From Thermodesulfobacteriota bacterium (GTDB taxonomy: Bacteria; Desulfobacterota; Binatia; Bin18), in assembly GCA_964291405.2 (NCBI GenBank), contig OZ219926.1, positions 3,104,001-3,168,000 on the forward strand: a DNA stretch of 64,000 nt. The letters are read 5' to 3'. Positions 8,823-18,295 of this stretch are shown piece after piece. The first letter of the stretch is position 1, and each line of letters opens with the position of its first letter. Position numbers and translations under genes: made by a program. The notes under the pieces were generated by a model, which had not been told where the DNA came from, ran no database searches, and saw only the letters and a program-made list of their open reading frames with translations.

Positions 8823-10040
8823 TCATTGCGTCTGACGAAAATATGCTCGCGCCCGGTCTTCGGCCTGGGTGTGAATCAGCAGGGTCAGTAGCAGACTGCT
8901 GCCCAGGGCTGAAGCGATAAGCGCATAGGACAGGGCGGAGTAGCCGATGTGTGCCACCGCCAGCCCCCCGATAGCAGCCCCAATCGCATAGCTGGCATAG
9001 CCGCTGCCGGATAAGACCCCGGTCAACGTTCCTCTCGCGCTTCCGCCCACATCGACGCCGACAACAAAGAGAAGGGTTGCCAGCGGCATGGCGAGCACCA
9101 TAAACACGCTGGTGACAGCTACGCTCAGCCACAGGCTGTCGTCTAATAAAAAAGCGGCTGTACCAGGCAGGGTCGCGATGAGTGCCGTGACCGCTGCTAT
9201 GGACAAACGCCTCTGGCTCCTTCCCATTTTTCCGCCCAGAAAGAGACCGCAGGTTGTGCCGAGGGCAACGATTGAAACAGGCAGGGCGAGCTCTGCGGTG
9301 CCGAGGTGATACGTCACTTGGAGAAAAGGAGGAAAGAAGGTCATAATGAGTCCGTAGGCGGTCCGGACGGTCAGGTTGGTGAACGCCAGCAGCCAGGTCA
9401 CAGAAAAACGCCCGACCTGTTTCAGGCGGCTGCCAAGGATGAGCAGTTTCCGCTGGGCGTTGCGCTCCGGCGTGTAGAGAAACACCATCAGCGTGCATAA
9501 CAGTAAGACACCGCCGACGACCAGGAATGCCGCTCGCCAGCCGGCATACGCTGCAATGAGCGTGACGAACGGGACACCGAGCACGCTGCTCAGACCCGGT
9601 TGGGTCGTTACCACGGCGACCCCCAGCGCCCGTTTTTCAGAGGACAGGAGGTCGCCGAGCAAGGCAATACACGTGGGCGGGACCATGCCTCCGCCTATGC
9701 CGGCGAGGATGCGGAAGACTACCGCACTGGGCAGATTCGGAGCCAGGGCCGTTCCGATTGAAGCCAGGCCGACAAGTAATGCACCAATCAGTAAAATCGG
9801 TTTTCTACCATACGCGTCGGAGAACGGACCAACGACAATGGCCGTTGCGGCCCAGGCAACGGCGGCCGAGGTGACGAGTTGGGCCACGGCTGGCACGGTG
9901 GTGTGCCAGTCGTGCGACATGGCGATTAACAGCGGTCCCAACATGCTGAGTGCGGTCAAGACGGCAAAGACCGTACAGCCGATTGTGATAAGGAATATGG
10001 GCGTGTTGACGGGGCGGGTTGGTTCTGACGAAGTTGGCAT
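8823..10040 (-). CDS. MFS transporter (DHA1-like)
   Basis: About 12 hydrophobic segments; motif A GPFSDAYGRKPIL; FRILAGIGGG. Confidence 0.85.
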   Translation of the reverse strand: MPTSSEPTRPVNTPIFLITIGCTVFAVLTALSMLGPLLIAMSHDWHTTVPAVAQLVTSAAVAWAATAIVVGPFSDAYGRKPILLIGALLVGLASIGTALAPNLPSAVVFRILAGIGGGMVPPTCIALLGDLLSSEKRALGVAVVTTQPGLSSVLGVPFVTLIAAYAGWRAAFLVVGGVLLLCTLMVFLYTPERNAQRKLLILGSRLKQVGRFSVTWLLAFTNLTVRTAYGLIMTFFPPFLQVTYHLGTAELALPVSIVALGTTCGLFLGGKMGRSQRRLSIAAVTALIATLPGTAAFLLDDSLWLSVAVTSVFMVLAMPLATLLFVVGVDVGGSARGTLTGVLSGSGYASYAIGAAIGGLAVAHIGYSALSYALIASALGSSLLLTLLIHTQAEDRARAYFRQTQ

Positions 10041-10196
10041 GGATGCGTGTGACGAATCGCGCTATCAGGTTGCCGCGGACAGAGCAACAACCGGTGTGCC
10101 TTAGGCAAGACCTAACAATGTATCAGGAAAGGAAAGGTTGGGCAGTGTATCAGCTTGACTGTTGTCATAAGGCACACAATGTCTTAATCTTTCGAT

Positions 10197-10466
10197 GTGG
10201 GGCGTTATCGTTGGAGTCCTGAAAAAAGCCTTCAGCTCAAGAAATTAAGGGGTATTAGTTTTGAGCAAGCGGTCATGCACATTGAGCAGGGCGACGTGCT
10301 TGATATTATTATCCATCCAAACCCGAACAAGTATCCTGGCCAGCAGGTACTCATCCTGAATGTGAACGGCTATGCCTATGCGGTTCCCTTTGTCGAACAA
10401 GGAGAGGACCGTTTTTTGAAGACCATTATCCCGAGCCGAAAACTTACGAAACAATATCTCAGGTGA
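10197..10466 (+). CDS. BrnT-like type II toxin
   Basis: WSPEKSLQLKKLRGISFEQ, HPNPNKYPGQ, YAVPFVE, FLKTIIPSRK. Confidence 0.8.
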   Translation: MGRYRWSPEKSLQLKKLRGISFEQAVMHIEQGDVLDIIIHPNPNKYPGQQVLILNVNGYAYAVPFVEQGEDRFLKTIIPSRKLTKQYLR

Positions 10467-10469
10467 TCT

Positions 10470-10751
10470 ATGCCAAAATATTATCTGGACGATGAAGAAA
10501 AGGAACTCATTGGGTCTATTGAGAAGGGTGAGTGGCAATCGGTCAAAAAGGTCAAACAAGAGATCAAGAAGCATCAGGCGTATGCCGCGAATACCCTTCG
10601 AAAAGACAAGCGAGTGAACATCAGAATTTCTTCTCAGGACTTAGAGCAACTCCAGGCCAGAGCGGTAGAAGAGGGCATTCCATACCAGACGCTCATGGCG
10701 AGTGTCCTCCATAAATTTATTTCTGGACGTCTCGTGGAGCGGCCTCGATAA
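10470..10751 (+). CDS. Cognate antitoxin (CopG/RHH-like)
   Basis: KDKRVNIRISSQDLEQLQARAVEEGIPYQTLMASVLHK; starts 3 nt after the toxin stop. Confidence 0.8.
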   Translation: MPKYYLDDEEKELIGSIEKGEWQSVKKVKQEIKKHQAYAANTLRKDKRVNIRISSQDLEQLQARAVEEGIPYQTLMASVLHKFISGRLVERPR

Positions 10752-10787
10752 CCTCCCTGATACAAGCAGCCTGGGAAGAGAGTCGGC

Positions 10788-11495
10788 ATGACAAAAAAAG
10801 TCTGTATTGTCACTGGTGTTGGACAGGGAACAGGACAGGGGGTTGTCCGTCGATTTGCCGAGGGTGGCTATCGGGTCGCCATGCTAGCCCGCAATATGGA
10901 ACGTCTTACCCAGTTTGAGCAGGAGATTGCCGAAACCACGGCATATCCGTGTGACATCAGCAATGAAGCCGAAGTGAACGCCACGGTTGCGGCCGTTGCC
11001 GAGCAACTCGAACCCCCGACCGTCCTGATTCATAACGCCGTCAGTTTTGATGCGATCTTTGGCACCTTCCTGGAGATCGACCCTGCGGCTCTTCAGCACA
11101 ACTTTCAGGTCAACACCATGGGGTTGCTGTATATGGCTCGGGCGGTGACACCGTATATGCTCGAAGCCGGGCAGGGCGCAATCATGGTGACGGGCAATAC
11201 GGCGTCGAGGCGGGGCCGTCCGCAATTTGCCGCCTTCGCGCCTACCAAAACCGCTCAGCGGATTCTTGCCGAATCCATTGCCCGCACCCTCGGTCCGCAA
11301 GGCATCCACGTGTCTTTTCTGGTCATTGACGGCGGTATTGATATGCCGTTTGCCCGCACCTTGCTCAAGGACAAACCGGACGATTTTTTCATTCAAACGA
11401 CGGCGATTGCCGACACCATCTGGCACATCGTCCACCAGGACCGCTCGGGCTGGACCTTTGAGCTTGATATCCGGCCGTTCGGGGAGGAATGGTAG
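10788..11495 (+). CDS. SDR family NAD(P)-dependent oxidoreductase
   Basis: VTGVGQGTG, LIHNA, AAFAPTKTAQRILAESIARTLGPQGIHV. Confidence 0.9.
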   Translation: MTKKVCIVTGVGQGTGQGVVRRFAEGGYRVAMLARNMERLTQFEQEIAETTAYPCDISNEAEVNATVAAVAEQLEPPTVLIHNAVSFDAIFGTFLEIDPAALQHNFQVNTMGLLYMARAVTPYMLEAGQGAIMVTGNTASRRGRPQFAAFAPTKTAQRILAESIARTLGPQGIHVSFLVIDGGIDMPFARTLLKDKPDDFFIQTTAIADTIWHIVHQDRSGWTFELDIRPFGEEW

Positions 11496-11521
11496 ACCGG
11501 CAATCCAGACAAGAGAGGCTG

Positions 11522-11815
11522 TTACATCGCCAGATAGGTATTGATTGCCTTCTTTCCGTCCACGACAAGGGCAATCTCCACGCCCTCGATTGCCGGTTGT
11601 GTCGTCAATTCCAAGGTTGTTCGGATATCGTTCACGGCGTGCTCGGTGACATCGGCGATGACGTATAGCTTGCGTTTGCCGAGATCGGCCAGCGTATGGA
11701 TGATGGTCACACCAGGAAAGGGATTCATGAGCCGTTCCTGGACGACCTGGGCCGCGGCTCTATTCTCTGCCTGACTCGCTCCTGCGCGCCATGTGACGGT
11801 AATCAACACATTCAT
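11522..11815 (-). CDS. Small hypothetical protein (DUF3303/GYD-like alpha+beta barrel)
   Basis: RBS ggagg upstream of ATG; alternating beta/alpha pattern with PFPGVTIIHTLAD. Confidence 0.55.
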   Translation of the reverse strand: MNVLITVTWRAGASQAENRAAAQVVQERLMNPFPGVTIIHTLADLGKRKLYVIADVTEHAVNDIRTTLELTTQPAIEGVEIALVVDGKKAINTYLAM

Positions 11816-12080
11816 ATACGCCTCCCGTGTGAAAGAGTGCTCGCTTGTGGCCTGCTTGTTGTACTGCTTTTTGACGAGGCTGCAAACCATCCCTTCCCGA
11901 CGCAGAACTGACTGGGAGGCTTGTCCGAGATTTCGCCTGAGAGACAGGCCGGAGCGGAGAATCACTCACGCCGGGTATTTCTCCAGCGCAGTGTTGTCCT
12001 CTCTCCAGAAGTGGTATGAGACTGGAAAGGGAGCTGGAACCGGTAACCGCATACGCGAGGGAAAGGGGATTCCTCTTGAT

Positions 12081-13316
12081 ATGGCTACACAAGCGCACAA
12101 CAGGGATGCGGGCACGAACGGTACGGTCTGGCACGAGGCTTATCCGGAGCTTGGAACCGGGCCGATTCCGATTGAGCCGTGTGTTTCAGCGGAATACTTC
12201 GAGTTGGAGCGAGAGCGCATCTATAAGCAGACTTGGCTCAACGTGGGTCGTATTGAACAGCTTCCTCGGCCGGGGGACTATTTTGTCAAAGACCTGTCCG
12301 TCTGTGATACGTCGATTATCCTGACGCGCGGTCGGGACGGAGCCCTGCACGCGTTCCATAATATGTGTTCCCACCGGGGCAATAAGATCGTGTGGGATCA
12401 GAAGGGGTCGTGTCAGAACTTGACGTGTAAATTTCACGGCTGGAGCTATGGTCTCAACGGCGACCTACGATTCGTTCCAGATGAAGAGCGCTTTTGCGAT
12501 CTCAAAAAAGACCGGCTCGGTCTCACGCCGATCCGGGTCGATGTGTGGGAAGGCTTTATTTTTATTAACCTCAGCCCGACTCCCGCAGAAACCCTTGAGG
12601 AACATCTCGGCGAGCTTGGAGCCGGATTGGAAGGGTACCCGTTTGCGCAGCTGACGACCTGCTATGCCTGGCATACGGAACTGAAGGCCAACTGGAAGGT
12701 GCTCAAAGACGCCTTTCACGAAGCCTATCATGTGCCTTTCCTCCATAAGCGTTCCCTGCCCGATTCGTTTACCAGCCCAGACAATCCGTATGCCCACGCT
12801 TTTGCGTTTAAGCTATATGAACGCAACCACCGGATGTCCGTCTTTGGGAATCCTGGCCATCAGCCGAGCCCGGTCGAACTTCTGGCCCATCGCTTCGGAG
12901 CGTCGATTGTCAGACGCGACTGGGAGATGGCTGACTTACCACCGGGGGTGAATCCGGCCCGGAGCCCGTTTTGGGCCTTTGATGCCAATATGATTTTCCC
13001 TAATTTTGATGTGTTTGTTTTTGATGGGACCTATCTAACGCATCATTTCTGGCCACTCGCGCCGGACCGAACCCTCTGGGAAGTCAAGACGTATTTCCCC
13101 GCTGCCCAGAACACTGCGCAGCGTTTCAGCCAGGAGTACAGCAAGGTGCTGCTGCGCGAGGCATTGCTGGAGGATGCCAGTACCCTGGAGGCAACCCAGT
13201 CCATGCTGGCCTCAGGCGCGAAAAAAGAATTCGTGCTCCAGGACCAGGAACTCCTGGTCCGGCACGGGCATAAAGTCATAGAGGATATGGTTGGTTTCTA
13301 CCGGGCCGGGGCATAA
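12081..13316 (+). CDS. Rieske non-heme iron oxygenase alpha subunit (paralog 1)
   Basis: CSHRGN...CKFHGW Rieske motif; NWKVLKDAFHEAYHVPFLH and LLED mononuclear Fe ligands. Confidence 0.92.
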   Translation: MATQAHNRDAGTNGTVWHEAYPELGTGPIPIEPCVSAEYFELERERIYKQTWLNVGRIEQLPRPGDYFVKDLSVCDTSIILTRGRDGALHAFHNMCSHRGNKIVWDQKGSCQNLTCKFHGWSYGLNGDLRFVPDEERFCDLKKDRLGLTPIRVDVWEGFIFINLSPTPAETLEEHLGELGAGLEGYPFAQLTTCYAWHTELKANWKVLKDAFHEAYHVPFLHKRSLPDSFTSPDNPYAHAFAFKLYERNHRMSVFGNPGHQPSPVELLAHRFGASIVRRDWEMADLPPGVNPARSPFWAFDANMIFPNFDVFVFDGTYLTHHFWPLAPDRTLWEVKTYFPAAQNTAQRFSQEYSKVLLREALLEDASTLEATQSMLASGAKKEFVLQDQELLVRHGHKVIEDMVGFYRAGA

Positions 13317-13463
13317 ATATCGGCGGTGTGATATTGACCAAAAAGCCAGAACATGTTTTAGGTTCGGGCTTCACCATGTCGTGTCTGTCCCGACCGGGTT
13401 CCCGGTCAACGAATATGGACATCGGACCATGGAATAGAAAAACCAACCCAGGGAGGCAATGGA

Positions 13464-14753
13464 ATGAGTGCAACACCAAACGGAACTCTGGCAAACGGGA
13501 ACGGTACGGCCAGCGGCTATAAGTGGCACAATAAATATCCCCACCTCGGGACCGGCCCGGTTCCGGCGGACGTTTTTACCTCGCAAGAGCAATTTGAGTT
13601 GGAGCGGGAGCGGATTTTCAAGAAAGTCTGGCTGAACGTCGGGCGGGTGGAACGGATTCCGAATGCGGGTGACTATTTTGTCCAAGACCTGGCCGTGTGC
13701 AATACATCGGTCATTGTCGCCCGTGGCAAAGACGGGGCCGTGCATGCCTTCCATAATATGTGCTCGCACCGGGGGAATAAAATCGCGTGGGATCAGGGTG
13801 GGACGTGCCAGAATTTCACCTGCAAGTTCCACGGCTGGAGTTACAGCCTGGACGGGAAGTTGAAGTTCGTGCCTGACGAGGAGAGCTTCTTTGATCTCAA
13901 GAAGGAGACGCTGGGCCTGACGCCGGTAGCGGTGGGCGTGTGGGAGGGCTTTATCTTCATCAATGTCGATCCCAATCCGACCGAGACCCTACAGGAGTAT
14001 CTGGGCGACCTGGCAACCGGACTGGAGGGCTATCCGTTCGGCGAATTCTCAACTACCAGCACAGCGTGGACCTCGGAGGTGAACGCCAACTGGAAAGTCA
14101 TCAAGGATGCCTTTCAGGAGGTGTACCATATTGCCTTTTTGCACAAACGCTCCATCCCGGACTCGTTTACCAGCAAAGACAACCCCTACGCCCACAGCCT
14201 GGATGCCACCCTGTATCCGCGACATGGCAGTATGTCGCTGTTTGGCAGCGCAGACTACAAACCGAGTCCGGTGGCCAAACTGGCGGCCCAGCATGGCGAG
14301 ATTGTCATTCGTAGCGACTTTTCGATGGACGGTCTGCCGGCAGGGGTGAATCCGCTGCGGAGCGAAGCCTGGTCGCTGGACCTGAACGTCATCTTCCCGG
14401 CGTTCTTTGTCGATGTTTCTCAGGGGTCGTATTTTACCCATCAGTTCATGCCTATTGGCGTGGACAAGACGCTGTGGACCTCAACCCAGTACTATACCAA
14501 GGCGACCACGCCGGGGCAGCGTTTCAGCCAGGAATACGGCAACGTGATCTTCCGCGATATTATCATGGAAGATGGTCGGACCTTCGAGGAAACCCAGTCC
14601 ATGCTCTCGTCCGGGGCGAAAAAAGAGTTTTATCTGCACGACGAAGAGATTCTTATCCGGCACAGCCACAATGTCATTGACAAGATGCTCAAGGGGCAAC
14701 CGGTTGACCGCGCGTTTGCTGCCAATGGAAAGGAGGCGGCTTCCCATGCCTGA
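13464..14753 (+). CDS. Rieske non-heme iron oxygenase alpha subunit (paralog 2)
   Basis: CSHRGN...CKFHGW; NWKVIKDAFQEVYHIAFLH; IMED. Confidence 0.92.
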   Translation: MSATPNGTLANGNGTASGYKWHNKYPHLGTGPVPADVFTSQEQFELERERIFKKVWLNVGRVERIPNAGDYFVQDLAVCNTSVIVARGKDGAVHAFHNMCSHRGNKIAWDQGGTCQNFTCKFHGWSYSLDGKLKFVPDEESFFDLKKETLGLTPVAVGVWEGFIFINVDPNPTETLQEYLGDLATGLEGYPFGEFSTTSTAWTSEVNANWKVIKDAFQEVYHIAFLHKRSIPDSFTSKDNPYAHSLDATLYPRHGSMSLFGSADYKPSPVAKLAAQHGEIVIRSDFSMDGLPAGVNPLRSEAWSLDLNVIFPAFFVDVSQGSYFTHQFMPIGVDKTLWTSTQYYTKATTPGQRFSQEYGNVIFRDIIMEDGRTFEETQSMLSSGAKKEFYLHDEEILIRHSHNVIDKMLKGQPVDRAFAANGKEAASHA

Positions 14754-15072
14754 GGCACGCTTACCCGAGCAATTCAAGGATTTGGAACAATGGATGGCCT
14801 GGTCGTTGGAGACCGAAGGCGAGCGGAGCGACCACCGTCAGGCCAGCGCCATGGAAGACATCACTGCCTTCTATGAGGCCATGCTGGCGCGCATGGAAGA
14901 GGTGCTGTCCTATTTGGAGCAGTTCACCCTGGATGAACTCCCGGACGACGCCAAGCGCCTGTTTTATCTCACTCTGTCCTTGGCGGAAGTGGCGCCCGCA
15001 GTCGAGCAGTTCGGCCAACCCAGTGTGGTGGACGGCTACGACATCAAACGCTTTGTCGCCACCCACAGATAG
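14746..15072 (+). CDS. Small Rieske-associated protein of unknown function (copy A, 108 aa)
   Basis: Start overlaps the Rieske stop, RBS aggagg; paralog of 18296-18628. Confidence 0.8.
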   Translation: MPEARLPEQFKDLEQWMAWSLETEGERSDHRQASAMEDITAFYEAMLARMEEVLSYLEQFTLDELPDDAKRLFYLTLSLAEVAPAVEQFGQPSVVDGYDIKRFVATHR

Positions 15073-15116
15073 GGCAGGCGGTAGCCGCGCACGACCTTGC
15101 ATGTCAGGAGAGAGCT

Positions 15117-16223
15117 ATGAAAGTCGGTGTTGATATTATTCATCAGAACCTGGGCCGGCCGCAGCCCGACCATGAGGTGTATCGGGAGGAACAGCGCTTA
15201 GCCGACCTGGTTGAGCCCCTGGGATTCGATTCGTTGTGGAGCGTTGAGCATCACTTCGATGATTACACCATGGTGCCTGATGTGCTCCAATACCTGACTT
15301 TTATGGCCGCCCGGACCACACGCATCCAACTTGGCAGCGCAGTCGTGGTGTTGCCGTGGCACGACCCGGTGCGCGTCGCCGAGCAAATCGCCATGCTCGA
15401 TATTCAGTCCGGCGGCCGGCTGCTGCTCGGCTTTGGTCGAGGAGCCGCGCAGATTGAATACGACGGCTTTCGCGTGGCCATGGATACGTCCCGGGCGCGT
15501 TTTACCGAGGCCGCCGAGGTGGTCACCAAAGCCCTGATGAACGAACGCTTCTCGCATATCGGCAAGTTCTATCAGATTCCTGAGATGAGTATCCGCCCGC
15601 AGCCCCAGACCGACTTTACGGGCCGGATGTATGGAGCGGCCATCAGCCCCGAGTCGGCCGAGATCATGGCCAGGCTTGGGTTCGGGGTGTTGGTGATTCC
15701 GCAGCGCGACTGGGACACCACCGCCGAAGAGCTGGAACGCTATAATGCCATTTGTCGGAGCCTGGGCAAGGAGCCAGTCAAGCCCATTGTCGGCTGCTTT
15801 ATCTATGTTGATGATACTGAGGCCAAGGCCATGGACGGCGCCCGGAAATATATGGGTGCCTATTGGCAGTCGGCGGACGAACATTATCGTTTTTCGCACG
15901 GCGCACACGCCGGCGTGAAAGGCTACGAATACTACGACAAAATGGGTCAGGCCAGCAAACAGATGGGGCCACAGGCGGTCAACGATTATTTCATCAGTTT
16001 TCAGTGTGTGGGCACGCCCGAGATGTGTTTGGAGCAGATCGAGTTCATCAAGCACAAGGTCGATACCGAACACTTCATCGGCATCTTCAAATATGGCGGG
16101 ATGCCCATACAGCGGGCGGAAGAGAATCTGCGCCGTTTTGCCGCAGACGTGATGCCGGGCTTGCACCGGGAAGACTTTCGCGTCCACGCCGAGCCCGCCG
16201 CGGCCGTCGCCGTAGCCGATTAG
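15117..16223 (+). CDS. LLM class flavin-dependent oxidoreductase (luciferase-like)
   Basis: LGFDSLWSVEHHF, VLPWHDPVRVAEQIAMLD, GFGRG. Confidence 0.9.
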   Translation: MKVGVDIIHQNLGRPQPDHEVYREEQRLADLVEPLGFDSLWSVEHHFDDYTMVPDVLQYLTFMAARTTRIQLGSAVVVLPWHDPVRVAEQIAMLDIQSGGRLLLGFGRGAAQIEYDGFRVAMDTSRARFTEAAEVVTKALMNERFSHIGKFYQIPEMSIRPQPQTDFTGRMYGAAISPESAEIMARLGFGVLVIPQRDWDTTAEELERYNAICRSLGKEPVKPIVGCFIYVDDTEAKAMDGARKYMGAYWQSADEHYRFSHGAHAGVKGYEYYDKMGQASKQMGPQAVNDYFISFQCVGTPEMCLEQIEFIKHKVDTEHFIGIFKYGGMPIQRAEENLRRFAADVMPGLHREDFRVHAEPAAAVAVAD

Positions 16224-16252
16224 GGCCGACCTGTCGGTCTTACCTTGATACG

Positions 16253-16282
16253 AAGAGGGGCATGAGGTGTCCCTCTTTTTTT
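16253..16282 (+). terminator. Probable Rho-independent terminator
   Basis: aagaggggca-tgagg-tgtccctctt followed by a T run. Confidence 0.6.
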
Positions 16283-16311
16283 GTGATGATGGGATACGGG
16301 AGGAATGGTAG

Positions 16312-16887
16312 ATGCGAGATCGAAAGCGGATATATCTGGAGATTTGGAGTCGCATCGAGAACCTTTACTTTGATGGGTATTTGTTTTACGAGCGCACACT
16401 TCAGGCGGCATTATATGCGGAATTGCGCAACACCCTGCCGGACGTTCATGTCATCGCTGAGCCAGTATGGAAAGTAGGCGACCAAAAGGACGGGATGAGG
16501 CCCGATCTCGTCATAGTGGAAAAGGGGCAAATTACCGATATCTTTGAACTCAAATTTTGGGATCCTGTTTTTCAGGAGGATGTCCGAAAATTACTTCGAT
16601 ATGGAGCCAATAATGAAACATATCGGGTACGCTTGAAACGACCAAACACAGGAAGCGAATGGGAGGAATTGCCAGTGCCGAATAGCTGTCGCCTGCATTT
16701 CGTTGTGGTGGCAATGCATGGGAACGATGCCCTGTGTCCGAAATCCCTGAGGGGAGTGGTGAGAGCCCTGAAAGAAGAGACTCCGGCACTGAGAGAGAAT
16801 CCGAGGGTGTTAAGCCACTGGTTTGGACGGCTCGGAGGTGACACAGACGAGACGAAAAAATGGTCCATTGAGGTTGGTATCCAATAA
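16312..16887 (+). CDS. Hypothetical protein, possible PD-(D/E)XK nuclease fold
   Basis: YERTLQAALY...AEP...RPDLVIVE...DIFELKF; visibly more AT-rich than its neighbours. Confidence 0.55.
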   Translation: MRDRKRIYLEIWSRIENLYFDGYLFYERTLQAALYAELRNTLPDVHVIAEPVWKVGDQKDGMRPDLVIVEKGQITDIFELKFWDPVFQEDVRKLLRYGANNETYRVRLKRPNTGSEWEELPVPNSCRLHFVVVAMHGNDALCPKSLRGVVRALKEETPALRENPRVLSHWFGRLGGDTDETKKWSIEVGIQ

Positions 16888-16945
16888 TTTGTTTTAGCAG
16901 CCTTCCTGATACCGATAGAGGACAGACTGGATCATCTCTGGATAC

Positions 16946-17002
16946 CAGCCGCGAGAGGATGATATGTTTGACCCACTTCGATTTGTTCCACAACATCAAT
17001 GA
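16946..17002 (+). pseudogene. 3' remnant of a third small Rieske-partner gene (57-bp direct repeat of 18572-18628)
   Basis: 52/57 nt identical by manual alignment; encodes QPREDDMFDPLRFVPQHQ* versus QPREDDTFDPFRFVPQHQ*. Confidence 0.8.
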
Positions 17003-17035
17003 CGAGAGGAAACGGACTGATAAAGGGAGAGAGCA

Positions 17036-18289
17036 GTGAAGGACAGGCAGCCGACCGGCACCGGAGAGAATGCGGCTCCTGACCGGATCGACGACCGCTG
17101 GAATGACAAGTATCCGCATCTCGGGACTGACCCGATTCCTATCGAGCCCTACATCTCTCGTGAGTATTTTGCCTTAGAGCGGGAACGGATCTTTCGGAAT
17201 GTCTGGCTGAACGTTGGCCGGATTGAACACATTCCGAATCCCGGCGATTATGTTGTCGTCTCTCTGCCGGTATGCCGGACCTCGGTCGTGGTCGTTCGCG
17301 GGAAGGACGGTCAGCTCCATGCCTTTCATAATATGTGTTCCCACCGGGGGAATAAGATCGTCTGGGATCAGAGCGGCTCATGTCGGAACTTGACGTGCAA
17401 ATTCCACGGCTGGAGCTATGGCCTGGATGGCAGACTGACATTCATCCCTGACGAGCAACGTTTCTCTGGATTGCAAAAAGACAAACTCGGCCTGACCCCT
17501 GTGGCCGTAGACACCTGGGCGGGCTTCATCTTCATTCATCTTGACCCGCACCCGACCGAAACGCTGCGGGCCTACCTGGCGGAGGTTGTTTCTGAGCTGG
17601 AAGGCTACCCATTCCCTGAGCTTTCGGCGACGCGCTTCTGTTGGCGAACGGAGATTAAAGCTAACTGGAAAATCGCCCAGGACGCCTTTCAAGAGGGTTA
17701 TCACCTCCCGGTGCGCCATAAGGCATCGGCCGCCACCGCCTTTACGAGCGAGACCAACCCGTATTGCCATTTCCTCAGTCTGGACCTTTACGAACGACAT
17801 CGCCGCACCTCGTCGTACGGCAACCTGAACTATCAACCGACTCCGGTAGCGGGCATGGCCTATCAGTTCGGGAGTTCGGTGGTTGTTGATCGCGGTCTTG
17901 CTATGGAAAATCTGCCGGCCGGGGTCAATCCTACCCGACGATCGGACTGGTCCATTGACACTTTTTGGATCTTCCCGAATTTCTCCATTTTTCCGAGCAA
18001 TGGGACCTATCTGACTCACCACTTCTGGCCGATTACCGAAGAGCGGACGATATGGGAAACGCATACCTATTTCCCCAAGGCGGAAAACGCAGGTCAGAAA
18101 TTCAGCCAGGAGTACAGCAAGGTATTGCTCCGCGACATTCTTATGGAAGACGGCACGACGCTCGAACACATGCAGGACGTGTTGGCCTCGGGCGCAAAAA
18201 CCCATATGCCGTTGCAGCACCAGGAAATCTGCGTCCGCCACGCCTATAACGTGGTGGAGGATTATGTTGGGTTCTATGACGGACGGTAG
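17036..18289 (+). CDS. Rieske non-heme iron oxygenase alpha subunit (paralog 3)
   Basis: CSHRGN...CKFHGW; NWKIAQDAFQEGYHLPVRH; LMED. Confidence 0.92.
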   Translation: MKDRQPTGTGENAAPDRIDDRWNDKYPHLGTDPIPIEPYISREYFALERERIFRNVWLNVGRIEHIPNPGDYVVVSLPVCRTSVVVVRGKDGQLHAFHNMCSHRGNKIVWDQSGSCRNLTCKFHGWSYGLDGRLTFIPDEQRFSGLQKDKLGLTPVAVDTWAGFIFIHLDPHPTETLRAYLAEVVSELEGYPFPELSATRFCWRTEIKANWKIAQDAFQEGYHLPVRHKASAATAFTSETNPYCHFLSLDLYERHRRTSSYGNLNYQPTPVAGMAYQFGSSVVVDRGLAMENLPAGVNPTRRSDWSIDTFWIFPNFSIFPSNGTYLTHHFWPITEERTIWETHTYFPKAENAGQKFSQEYSKVLLRDILMEDGTTLEHMQDVLASGAKTHMPLQHQEICVRHAYNVVEDYVGFYDGR

Positions 18290-18295
18290 CGGAGC

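Noticed and set aside
11793-12080. N-terminal extensions in track ORFs (11793, 27322, 32504, 52778, 63995)
   Set aside because: Downstream starts have RBSs and/or match paralog N-termini, while the extensions overlap other genes or intergenic regulatory DNA.
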